From: Paramoeba atlantica
Taxonomy: Eukaryota > Protista > Discosea
Direction of reading: 5' to 3'
DNA: 64,000 nucleotides
NCBI GenBank assembly: GCA_977017575.1
Contig: CDRNVI010000030.1
Location: 682,001-746,000 of the forward strand
Shown: piece by piece, positions 52,616-62,193 of the stretch
Numbering within the stretch: the stretch's first letter is position 1
Layout of the letters: every line of letters starts with the position of its first letter
Notes under the pieces: generated by a model
Seen by the model: the letters and a program-made list of their open reading frames with translations, nothing else
What the model was told of the DNA's origin: nothing
Databases searched by the model: none
Translations under genes and position numbers: made by a program

Positions 52616-52756
52616 AGGAGATGTATGACTTTCGAAAAACAAAATTTTTAAAATTTCAAAAAAGCGCGTATGCCCCCCCTCCATGGACCCCCCATTTTTT
52701 TAATTTGTTTTTCAAATTTGGACCACCGGGGCCCCCTTTTATATTTTTTTCTTCTG

Positions 52757-53115
52757 AACCCCGCCCAACGAATAAGTCACCCTCCCACTTTTTTTTACAC
52801 GTGATATCGAGATCCGCACGTTCGCGCTATTTCTAGCTCATTTTAAGCTTGTTAAAAAATTAAAAAAAGTCTTGTAATGGTTCTTCGAAAAAATGACCAA
52901 ATCCGCATACTGACTGCCAAAAGGGGGGTTACGAATAGCGGGAAGGTTCTCTTGAGGATGCGACACGGTCAGGGAGTCTCAAAAAAGCAATTGTCCCTCG
53001 ATTTTAATGTTTCCTCACTCCTCTTTGAAGGTAAGAGATAAATTGTTGGAAATGAGAGTGAATGTTCTGGGCGACACATGGCCTTCCACGTGGCCGCCAA
53101 ATAGCCCTGATTTAG
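52757..53115 (+). pseudogene. Third, heavily deleted copy of the Tc1-like element
   Basis: 5' TIR remnant aaccccgcccaacgaataagtcacc; ATG 52893 gives MTKSAY*LPKG...KVLLRMRHGQGVSKKQLSLDFNVS; WPPNSPDL at 53091-53114. Confidence 0.8.
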
Positions 53116-53619
53116 GGGGCTGAAACCAGTAAAATGCAAACCCAGGCAAACACAGTCAGGTCCCAAGAGAAACCAATGGCAAAGGTACTTGGCGTTTTTT
53201 TTGGCTATGGAGTTCGCTGGCGAATCCGGGTGGGGGGTCTAGGGGACTCCAGGGGGATATATGGAAGGTATAGGGGGGGCGAAGCCGGGTCCAGGTTGGG
53301 GGCGCAGGAGGATGCATGGAGTGTGTAGGGAGCGAGTACCCTGTAATGGGGTGTTTCTCCTGGGGAACCCAGCCCTCTCAGATGTAGAGTCACTGGACCT
53401 GACGACTTGGCTAATCAGACCCTCTGGAGAAAATGAAAATCAACAGTATCCCTTTCATCGACCATACCCCCCCTTTTTCGGGATTTTATCACCCGTCTCG
53501 GTTCACCATAAAGACGAAGAGGCAGAGGTTGTAAAGAACCCCCGCAATATTTTGTATTATTTTCACTGTTTTTGTTCACTTTTTCAATCGAGGGTAGAGC
53601 GGTAGTTACACCCCTGTCG

Positions 53620-54283
53620 AGCTTCATCTACCCCCTCCCTTACAGGTCCTGTATTTTGTTCGACTTTGGAGATATTTGGTATGGGACTGTTTTTCGACCC
53701 AATCGTCTCGAATCAGCTGTCCTTTTCCCTCGAGCGACCTTTTTTCTTCCAAGACCTTAAAAGTTTCGTCGAAAAACCCGTTTTTCGTTTGTCCACCCTA
53801 AAAAAAGCCATTTTTTTACATTTTTTTCTTAATGGTCAAGAGATATCGGAATTCTCTCTCCCAAATCAGCGCATTGCACCGGAAAGGCGATCACTGATCA
53901 TAGCAAGGTACAAAGAACCAAAATCCCTAACCTAAGAATAGACGCGAATTACACGACGTTATCATTAAAACATTCGACCTTTTAACAGGAGAACATGTTG
54001 ACAAATTAAGAAATCCTTTTAAAAACTATCGCAAACGACTTCAATTCGTGATAGAAAAGAAAGGGTATTAATAATATCCAATATAATCCAATATAATACC
54101 GTAGTCAAAACTTTTATCGTGAATAATCAATGGATGAATCCCAACATAAAACAAATGTACATGTAATACAAACATTGAGCCGTTATAAAATATTTCTAAT
54201 TATATAGACAACTCCAATTAATATACCAGATATTTCCAAAATCGAACAAAATACAAGACCTGTAGGGGGGGGTAAATGAAGCT
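53620..54283. mobile_element. Non-autonomous element with TIRs of about 60 bp
   Basis: 53620-53682 is the reverse complement (few mismatches) of 54223-54283; TA follows the right end; partial third copy at 4714. Confidence 0.75.
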
Positions 54284-54338
54284 GTACAGGGGTGTATACA
54301 ACCAGCGCAAACACATACAACCACTGCAAATACATGTA

Positions 54339-54667
54339 CTGTACCCCCCCTGTTTATAATAGCCTCGACTCCTCCACCCTTTATAGGTTCTTTTTTTTTG
54401 GCAAACCGAGGAAGAGTTTTTAAAGTTTCTTCCACCGTCTTAAATATTTTGATAATGTATTTTCACATGGTGCTTCGAAGTATGCGCGGGTTCGTGCTGG
54501 ACATTTTACTTTAGGAGAGCGCCGGGGACCACTTAAAGGCGATAGGATAATTCCTGGTCCCTCGCTCTCAAATGTAGGGCGATTTCTGTGCCAACTTTTA
54601 ATCGCCCTCCCCCATTTATAGGTTTATTTGGGCAAAAGGGAGGGTATTATAAACAGAGGGGGTACAG
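54339..54667. mobile_element. TA-flanked MITE (329 bp)
   Basis: 28-bp TIRs ctgtaccccc(c/t)ctgtttataata(g/c)cctc; TA at 54337-54338 and 54668-54669. Confidence 0.88.
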
Positions 54668-55239
54668 TACTATATTATTATGTAGGAAACAAGATCTTTC
54701 GCACGTTTCCCAGATCTGACACAAACCACAGAGGCGTTGACAGACCAGTTTAGCATGCGATTTATCATACACACAGTGATCGCAAAAATTTGTGAAAAGT
54801 TTGTTGCGTAATTTTTCGAATTACACTTAATTTTGATCAACTTACATTTTATTCTTGGACAAGAAATACACATTCCAATATTGCTTTGAAGAACTAGATT
54901 GCCTCTGTCTTAGATCATTTCCATAAGCGAAATATCTGTCAATAATTGATAGATTGGGAAGATCTGATAATTGTCAATTGGGAATTAAAAATGATACCTG
55001 CTTCACCAAAAAGAGTAATGGCTTCATTATATTCATCGGAGATCACTTCTAGCAAAGCACTTTTCGGACTCTTAAGTAGGGAAGAGTATCTCTTCACTGA
55101 TGATTTCTTAAGAAAAGTGTGAGGAACAAAAGCAGAAAAATCTATAATATGGATGCGATTCCACACAAATTTGTACATCAAACGCATTAGTTGTTCTCCA
55201 CTCACAAATTTGAACCCAACCAGAGGGCTACCGCATTTT

Positions 55240-56112
55240 CTATTTCCGCAGAACAATTTTGGTGCGCTGGTACTTGAATTGGAAGGTATATGGAAGATCG
55301 TATTGATAAACTAAACCTTCAAGATCTACATTACCTTGCACCCACAATTGAGATAGGTTGCCTGGAGGGGATGCCAATTTTATAGTTCCACCAAATTTAT
55401 TGTCATTGAGATACACATATTGCAGTGAAAAAGGAAACTTGGAAAAATTAAGTGCTCCACTGAGTTCATTTTTGCCAAGTCCCAAATATTCAAGTTCGTC
55501 CGGTAAATTAGTTAAATCTACTGTTCCAGAAAATTCATTACAGCTCAAGAACAACGCTTGCAAAGTTTGCGGAAGACATGTGAGATCTATTTCACCACTA
55601 AATGAGTTCATGCTCAAATGCAGCTCCTCCAGAACGCGGGGCAAATTTCGCAGATCTACGTTTCCCATGAAATAGTTCTCGTCTAGTCGTATGCTTGTCA
55701 TTTCGGGCAACATGTGTGGCCAAGTGAAATTTCCTTCTAACATATTTTCCTCGGCGTGTACGGCATACAACGTGCTGGGTAGGTACTCCCAACAGAGCGT
55801 CCCCCCTAAGTTGAGATCGGTCCAGATAAGTCCTGTGACAGTATTCTCCTCGTAGCACTCTACCATTTCCCAATCACATGCGGGAACGCTAGAGTTCCAT
55901 GATCGATGTCGATTCGACGCATTTGACACAAGACGCTCCAAGATGTATTCCTGGGGTAGTGAAGCACCACGAACCTTTGAAGGACGACGCTGTGAGGTTT
56001 TTAACATGTCCACCGTGTCGGATGCGGTTTCGTCTCGTCGGATTCGTTTTAAAGGTGGTTCATCATGGAACACAAATGCGGAGGGAATCATGGATAAAGG
56101 TTGGCCGTACAA
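55240..56112 (-). CDS. LRR protein, 23-aa repeat family
   Basis: PPLKRIRR, SKVRGASLPQEY, PACDWEMVEC cap, about 7 repeats. Confidence 0.88.
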   Translation of the reverse strand: MYGQPLSMIPSAFVFHDEPPLKRIRRDETASDTVDMLKTSQRRPSKVRGASLPQEYILERLVSNASNRHRSWNSSVPACDWEMVECYEENTVTGLIWTDLNLGGTLCWEYLPSTLYAVHAEENMLEGNFTWPHMLPEMTSIRLDENYFMGNVDLRNLPRVLEELHLSMNSFSGEIDLTCLPQTLQALFLSCNEFSGTVDLTNLPDELEYLGLGKNELSGALNFSKFPFSLQYVYLNDNKFGGTIKLASPPGNLSQLWVQGNVDLEGLVYQYDLPYTFQFKYQRTKIVLRK

Positions 56113-56383
56113 TCACTGCCTTGCATAAAAGCAAGAAAAACAACTTCGAAGCCTTCTTTGAAATTAGAAAACACAGGATGCGTGATCCATAATATTGATA
56201 AAATATGGATAGATTTTGTCCTTTCTCTTCGTAGGTGTGTAATTTGATACCTTTACTCGTTTCATACTAGTTACACAGTACGGTAAGCCAAAAAGATGCA
56301 AGCCAAAACAAAAATTATACAGATCTATTCAAGTAATTAAGTAAATGAATTTGCTACCATTGTTTGTATTTGTTGCTCGTCTT

Positions 56384-57241
56384 TTATTGACACGAGCGTG
56401 TAAAAGCAATTGCCCTGTTTTCAAGTTCTATAATTTCAGCTTTTGCCAATTTCATCTCATGATCAACTGAATGTATTTTTTGGATGCATTCATGACACGC
56501 AGTATTAGCCTCTTGGTGAGATTCCAAAGAGTGTGCAAATGCTTTATGTAGGTTTTCCGTACAATGTTCAACTTTCTTATGAAGCGCCGAAAGATCATCC
56601 TGTGTCTCAAACGTCAAAGGTTCCGCATAAAATATTGGGTGGGTAAGAGAAACAATAACATCATTCAAGTGAGAATTCTCTTTATCCGTATTAGTGTCCG
56701 ATGCTGTTTCTTGTGTGAGTTCAGACAATGAGGATTGAATTTCTGCAACAGTTTGGTGCAGAGATTCATGAGTCTTCTCTTTCGCCAAAGTTAATTCGTT
56801 AAGTTGAGAAAGTAGAATTTCATGATTTTGTTCTATTTCATCTGTGCGCCGTGCTATTTCTTCCTCACGTTGTTTTTCTTTTTCCGTAGCCTCAGTCTCC
56901 CGATCCTGAACGTTCAACGCCTTCTGATACAATGAATTATAGTTTTCCGACAAGGCTTCCTTCTTTCCCTCTAATTCTGCACGACGCTCACTCCACTTTT
57001 GTGCTTTCTTCCGTGCGGTACCTAATTGCTTTGTGAGGGCTGAGAGTTGCGAATCATACTGCTTAGATTGACGTTGACGTTTTGACTTCAATTTCTCAAT
57101 GCTGGAAATAATCTGAGACTTTTTCTCACGAGCCTCCCGTAGCGCATGCATACGCTCCGATTTTGTCTCCAACACCTCTTGCAAGCGTTGCTTCCATTGA
57201 AAAGAGGGACTACAATTCTCGGAATCGCTTTCGTGTTCCAT
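56384..57241 (-). CDS. Hypothetical coiled-coil protein
   Basis: E/K/Q-rich heptad pattern; start placed at MEHESD (57241) because the upstream extension is intergenic-like. Confidence 0.7.
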   Translation of the reverse strand: MEHESDSENCSPSFQWKQRLQEVLETKSERMHALREAREKKSQIISSIEKLKSKRQRQSKQYDSQLSALTKQLGTARKKAQKWSERRAELEGKKEALSENYNSLYQKALNVQDRETEATEKEKQREEEIARRTDEIEQNHEILLSQLNELTLAKEKTHESLHQTVAEIQSSLSELTQETASDTNTDKENSHLNDVIVSLTHPIFYAEPLTFETQDDLSALHKKVEHCTENLHKAFAHSLESHQEANTACHECIQKIHSVDHEMKLAKAEIIELENRAIAFTRSCQ

Positions 57242-57603
57242 ACGTAGTACAATAAATGTGCAAGCAAGAAAATTAATGTACGTGGAAGAGAATACCAAAA
57301 TAAAAACTTCGTAAAAAATGATCCACATATCACGAAAAACCGTTTTTTTACCAGTAAAGAAATCTTTTTTATGAAAAAATCGGATTCCTAAGACGATGAA
57401 GTACAGCCCTCGCAAATGAGAACAAAGCTTGAGTGCGGTATATACTATGGGGGACAGTAATCGTAAATTTAACAATGTAAGTTTTAGTTTGCATTTAAAA
57501 ACAATTTTATTTTGCATTTCAAAGCAAAAACCTTTTACACACCCACAGATTTTCCCTCTCCCATCTTACCCATAACTTCATATTCCCCCACCCCCTTCCC
57601 CCC

Positions 57604-59004
57604 TCACGCGTGCAAACAACTCATAAAATTCGTCTCCACATACTCTGCAAGCTGCACAAACGCCGGGTCATCACACCCTTGCGTCAACAACCCTACCTCC
57701 GCCCCACTCATCCCCTCTCTCTCCTCCATCACCCGCAACGCCACATTGTGATCCGACACCCCATGAAGGAAATCCTCCTGTTGCGCGCACAACACATTCC
57801 CCATGGCTTCTAACACCAAAAAGGCATTTCTCGAAACCTTTCGGGGCTCGTACCCCACCCCCCCCTCGTGCGCCCCACACGCGTTCCGAAACGCCTCACA
57901 CAGAACCGCAACCCCCCCGTGCTGGACCAACGCTCGAATGGGATCCCGTCCCCCGACGGCAACCAGGTTGGCCACACACCACAGGAGCTCTGTGTGTTCC
58001 ATCGAACCCACAGCCGCCTTTTGGGTAACATACAGAAGAGGAGGAATAAGATGATAAGATAAAATAAAAGGAGAAAGGCGAGCCCCGGGGGGATCGTGGG
58101 CGATGAGGTTACTCAGGGCCAGGGCGGTGGTTTGCCGTACAAAGGGGCAGGGGTGGAGGAGAAGGGAGGCGAGCAGATCGGGGAGCGCGGGGTGGGAGGG
58201 GAGGGTGGAGAGGAGGAGCGCGTCGGGCGCGGTGAGGAAGAGGACAAGACATTTGAGGAGACTGTGGAGGGCGACAGGTTGCCACAGGGGGGGATGGGAG
58301 AGAGGGGAGAGGATTTGGGAAAGAAAACCGAGGGCGTGCCAGTGTTCGATGTGGGAGAAGTTGTGGAGAAGTGTGGCGGTGTGGTGGAGGAGGAGGCTGT
58401 CGTGGGTTTGGAGTGAGTGGGAGAAAAGGGTGGAGAAAAGATGGAAAAAGGAGGAGGTAAGAGGAGGAAGTGGGTGATGGGGGTCGGTAACGCTCTTTTG
58501 TAGAAAAACAGCGGCGATAATGGACTCAAGAAGAAATATTTCGTCCGATAAATGTCTCTCCTCTGAGTTTGATTGTGTGATATGAGTTGCGGCACCTACA
58601 AGAACTTTCGTAATTTGCTGGGAGGAAAGACGAAGGTAGGGACGAATGGCATAAAAAATAAGGGCGTGGGTTATCTTTTCCACGCTACAATACGTGGTAG
58701 TGCCAATCTCGTGAGAAGATTTTGGTGAAAGATAGCGATTCAGTAGCGTTTCTATATGTGCGTCAACAGATTGACCTTCCGCTGGTCGCAATTCGAGAGA
58801 AATTTGTTCTTCCTCAATAAAAATACGTTGTGAATTACGATTTTTGCTTCTTCTAAGAGATAACGTGTTTTGCTTTGCAGAGTTTCGCAAAGATTCACTG
58901 GCAGCATTCCGTCGCTTTCTGCATTGCAAAAAATCAATAGTGGGCTTCGCAACACGTGTAGTGCACGTAGTGCCTGAAGTAACACCGCCTTGATTTGTAA
59001 ACAT
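57604..59004 (-). CDS. Divergent importin-alpha-like ARM-repeat protein
   Basis: IBB-like RKRRNAASESLRNSAKQNTLSLRR; ARM H3 motifs ALALSNLIAH, LWCVANLVAVG, VQHGGVAVLCE and LEAMGNVL. Confidence 0.65.
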   Translation of the reverse strand: MFTNQGGVTSGTTCTTRVAKPTIDFLQCRKRRNAASESLRNSAKQNTLSLRRSKNRNSQRIFIEEEQISLELRPAEGQSVDAHIETLLNRYLSPKSSHEIGTTTYCSVEKITHALIFYAIRPYLRLSSQQITKVLVGAATHITQSNSEERHLSDEIFLLESIIAAVFLQKSVTDPHHPLPPLTSSFFHLFSTLFSHSLQTHDSLLLHHTATLLHNFSHIEHWHALGFLSQILSPLSHPPLWQPVALHSLLKCLVLFLTAPDALLLSTLPSHPALPDLLASLLLHPCPFVRQTTALALSNLIAHDPPGARLSPFILSYHLIPPLLYVTQKAAVGSMEHTELLWCVANLVAVGGRDPIRALVQHGGVAVLCEAFRNACGAHEGGVGYEPRKVSRNAFLVLEAMGNVLCAQQEDFLHGVSDHNVALRVMEEREGMSGAEVGLLTQGCDDPAFVQLAEYVETNFMSCLHA

Positions 59005-59260
59005 TCATAAATGTGACACTTTGTTGTGACTTAAAAATTAGCCAGAAGCCTAACGCAAAGAATAATGACCAATCCAACACCCGATGAATGGTAACAATAT
59101 AAGAAACAATGAAAGAAAGTATAATAAACAATGAGAATGATGAATGCTCACGAACAGTACATGTCAATTGAGCACACTTACATGTAGAACCACCACAAAT
59201 ATTTTCGAGTCTCATTTTGTCATAGGAAGAGACCAAAAAGGTAACACTACTTTCTCATTT

Positions 59261-59554
59261 TCAATTCGTGCTGTATGTCGTAGGTGTACCCCTCGGTTTT
59301 AAAAAAATACGTCCCTGGCAGTATTGACAGATAATCATATCGGACGGACGTAGCTGCGCAGGACTGTTGCACTGAGCACAGAGGTAGGTGGAGGCCACCG
59401 TAGATGTCCCCACTCCCGATTGAAGCACAGCATGTAGAGAGGCACGAGTTCGTAGGGTTCGGTCTGTGGCAATGCTTTGGGTGCTCTCACTTGGGGCACG
59501 TGCTTCCAGAGAGGACACTGTGTTGAGCTGATACCCCGAACGTGGCTCTGACAT
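59261..59554 (-). CDS. RPB12: RNA polymerase I/II/III shared subunit RPABC4 (Rpb12)
   Basis: YLCAQC...L...D.IICQYCQGRIFLKPR zinc ribbon at the C-terminus of a small protein. Confidence 0.85.
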   Translation of the reverse strand: MSEPRSGYQLNTVSSLEARAPSESTQSIATDRTLRTRASLHAVLQSGVGTSTVASTYLCAQCNSPAQLRPSDMIICQYCQGRIFLKPRGTPTTYSTN

Positions 59555-60078
59555 GACAGTAAGGTAGATTCTCAGTTAAGGGTGTATAAAAAATATACGA
59601 AAAATAGTACAACGTAGCGTTATCGATAAAAAGGAGTTTAAAATGGTACACTAAATCAGAATATCCCAAAAAATTGTTTCTTCGAATCAACCCACAGTAG
59701 GTTTTAGAAAAAAATGAATACGAGGAATTGAATTATGTGACTAGCTAAAAGGACGCTATCTACATATTAGACGAGCGAGCCAAATATTTTCTAGATTAAA
59801 CGTAATCTACCGAATATAATATGTTTAAATATTAGAAAAAGAGAAAGAAAGAATGGCTTACGTAAGCTAGCAAGTTCACTTTATATACGATGTAGGTTTG
59901 AAAAGCAAGATATCACACGAAGATATTTTGATCGGAAAAGATAAAAAAATTGCGACTTAGAAGAATAAAATGATCATTTTTTTTTCATACTACATTGAAA
60001 AGAAAAATACAAAAGCTAGACGCATGGTAGAATTTAAAAGAAAGCCAATAAATTGCAAGTAAAATACAAAAGAAATAC

Positions 60079-61914
60079 CTAGCACATAATTTCTTCTTGT
60101 GACTCAGTAACATACTGGGCGACACGCTCTTCGCTACGCTCAATTTGACTTTCAAAAAAATGAATTCGATTCTCACATTGCTCTTGGAATGCATTAAAAC
60201 GTGCTGACAATTCAGTGATAACCAAGGGATTTATGCCGACTTCACAAGCGTTCATCGGAGTTGGTGCTTCTGAACGTTCTGGAAGTGTGTCTGATGAAAA
60301 ATTCAAATTCTTTAAACACTGAACGTAGGACAAGAGAGAGCCGTACTGTTCCTTAGAAAATGCAGCGAAAGTCGAATCAATTATATCTGCGTAAGCAGAG
60401 TCTGCGCAGCAGTCAGAAAAAGATGAGGTTTTGAGAAGAAATTCTTTTAAAATACTTACAAGACGTTCTTTAAGAGTCAAAAGATCGGTAGTGCCTTCAG
60501 GTTGCGTCAAAAATGATGGAAAAGACGCAAGCTTAAGAGTAACATCGTTGTCGCACTGTTTAAGTGCATGCTGTACTTCTTCAAAGTTTTGAAGAAATTG
60601 AGAAACCTGATCGACGCAACTTTCCTTAAGCGAGGTCTCATTATGAAGCTCTTCGTTGTGCGATCTCAATAATTCTATTTTTTTCTCCATTTCATCAACA
60701 TCTCGTTCAAGTTTTTCTTGTTCATCCTTTAATTTAGGCGTCTCACAGTTCTTCAACGTCTTGGATATTTCTTCCACCTTTTCTTTCTCCACTTTCAATT
60801 CTTGCAACACTTGACTTTCACTACGTAGAATGCTCTCATAACATAGAACCATCTCTTGCAAACGGTCCTGATTAGCTACCCACAAAGCTTTCCATTCGTG
60901 TGTCTGTTCTTCATCGATTTCATTTCTCCCATACGAGCAATTAATTTCAAGACCTTGTAAGGCCAGGTGGTGAAGTTCATTTTGTCTGTGCTCAAGAGAC
61001 TCTTGCAACGCTTCTCCTTTAGCTTGTTCATCTAAAATCAGCTTCACATCGTTCATTCCCAATTCAACGTCACCCGCTTGACGTTTCAAATCAGAAAGAG
61101 TTTCGTACAGCGATGGTATCTTTCGTAGGATGGGATGTTGATTCTCAAATTCGCGCAGAGAAGTATTTAATTCGTCGTAACGGGTAAGAATACCCATGAT
61201 ATCAGATTTCTCAAATTCTTCATTCGTTGATTCCATAACCACGCTTTCCTTTTCCATCGAACCCTTTACATCCACAAGATCATGAAGAAACGACGATCGC
61301 ATTCCCTTCTCACGCACATCCGCAAGAAAAGACTCCAAATGCAACAACTTCGACCGCAACGCGGTGCTTTCACCCCGTTTTACTTCGCGATCCCACGCTC
61401 CACTCTCCAGTCCCAACGCTTTAACCCGCGCCTCGTACCTCTCCAAACGGCTCTCCCCACCCAGAGCGCTCTGCAGCGCCTCAACCCCCCGACGCGCGAC
61501 CGCAGACACCGCACGTAGCATCGAGGAGCACACCGCGAGGCGCTTGCACTGCTTCTCGATCTCACCCGCTCGCGTGTGCTCGGCTTGTCGCTTTGTTGAG
61601 TACTCCAGAAGAAGGGCGTCGCGGTTTACTATGTTTTGTTGAGCACATCGAAGGGTCTCGGAGAGCTGGTCGTATAAGGTCTGCATCGCGACAAGGTTGT
61701 TCTCCCCTGTGTGGGTGTCGGTGAGATGGTGATTTCGATGCGTAAACATTAGCTGTGCGGATTTTTGAAGTTGTGCGTAAGTTTTGGATAGAGTGGGATC
61801 GGAGGAGAGTGCGGGGGTAGTGGAGGGGGTGGAGGGGGGTGGGGGGAGATTGGTAGGGCTCCGACCAAGGTGGAGAAGAGAGGTTGGGTGGGATTTTGGT
61901 TCGGTTTGTTTCAT
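60079..61914 (-). CDS. Hypothetical coiled-coil protein (611 aa)
   Basis: Long open frame on the cluster strand with E/L/Q/K heptads; no recognised domain. Confidence 0.7.
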   Translation of the reverse strand: MKQTEPKSHPTSLLHLGRSPTNLPPPPSTPSTTPALSSDPTLSKTYAQLQKSAQLMFTHRNHHLTDTHTGENNLVAMQTLYDQLSETLRCAQQNIVNRDALLLEYSTKRQAEHTRAGEIEKQCKRLAVCSSMLRAVSAVARRGVEALQSALGGESRLERYEARVKALGLESGAWDREVKRGESTALRSKLLHLESFLADVREKGMRSSFLHDLVDVKGSMEKESVVMESTNEEFEKSDIMGILTRYDELNTSLREFENQHPILRKIPSLYETLSDLKRQAGDVELGMNDVKLILDEQAKGEALQESLEHRQNELHHLALQGLEINCSYGRNEIDEEQTHEWKALWVANQDRLQEMVLCYESILRSESQVLQELKVEKEKVEEISKTLKNCETPKLKDEQEKLERDVDEMEKKIELLRSHNEELHNETSLKESCVDQVSQFLQNFEEVQHALKQCDNDVTLKLASFPSFLTQPEGTTDLLTLKERLVSILKEFLLKTSSFSDCCADSAYADIIDSTFAAFSKEQYGSLLSYVQCLKNLNFSSDTLPERSEAPTPMNACEVGINPLVITELSARFNAFQEQCENRIHFFESQIERSEERVAQYVTESQEEIMC

Positions 61915-62193
61915 GGAATAAGGTGGGGAGAAAAATATGGGAAATCACGTTAGATTCGTTTATGTGTTGAAAAAATCATAGTCACTTATTTGTGTACGAG
62001 ACATTGGATAAAAAACGTTTTACATGGAAGTAGGATTGTCGTACAAGACTCTAAAATGTTCCTGCAGTTCATGAAAGAAAAACGGATGAACCACCGAGCA
62101 ACGAAACATGCATCTAAGCAAGGCAAGAAGGAATTATTTTTTTGAAACAGAAACGGGGAAAAAGACGTATAAGCAAGAAAAAAAATGACCGAT

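Noticed and set aside
54939-55256. 105-aa ORF downstream of the LRR gene
   Set aside because: No motif, overlaps the LRR stop region, and lies in AT-rich sequence.
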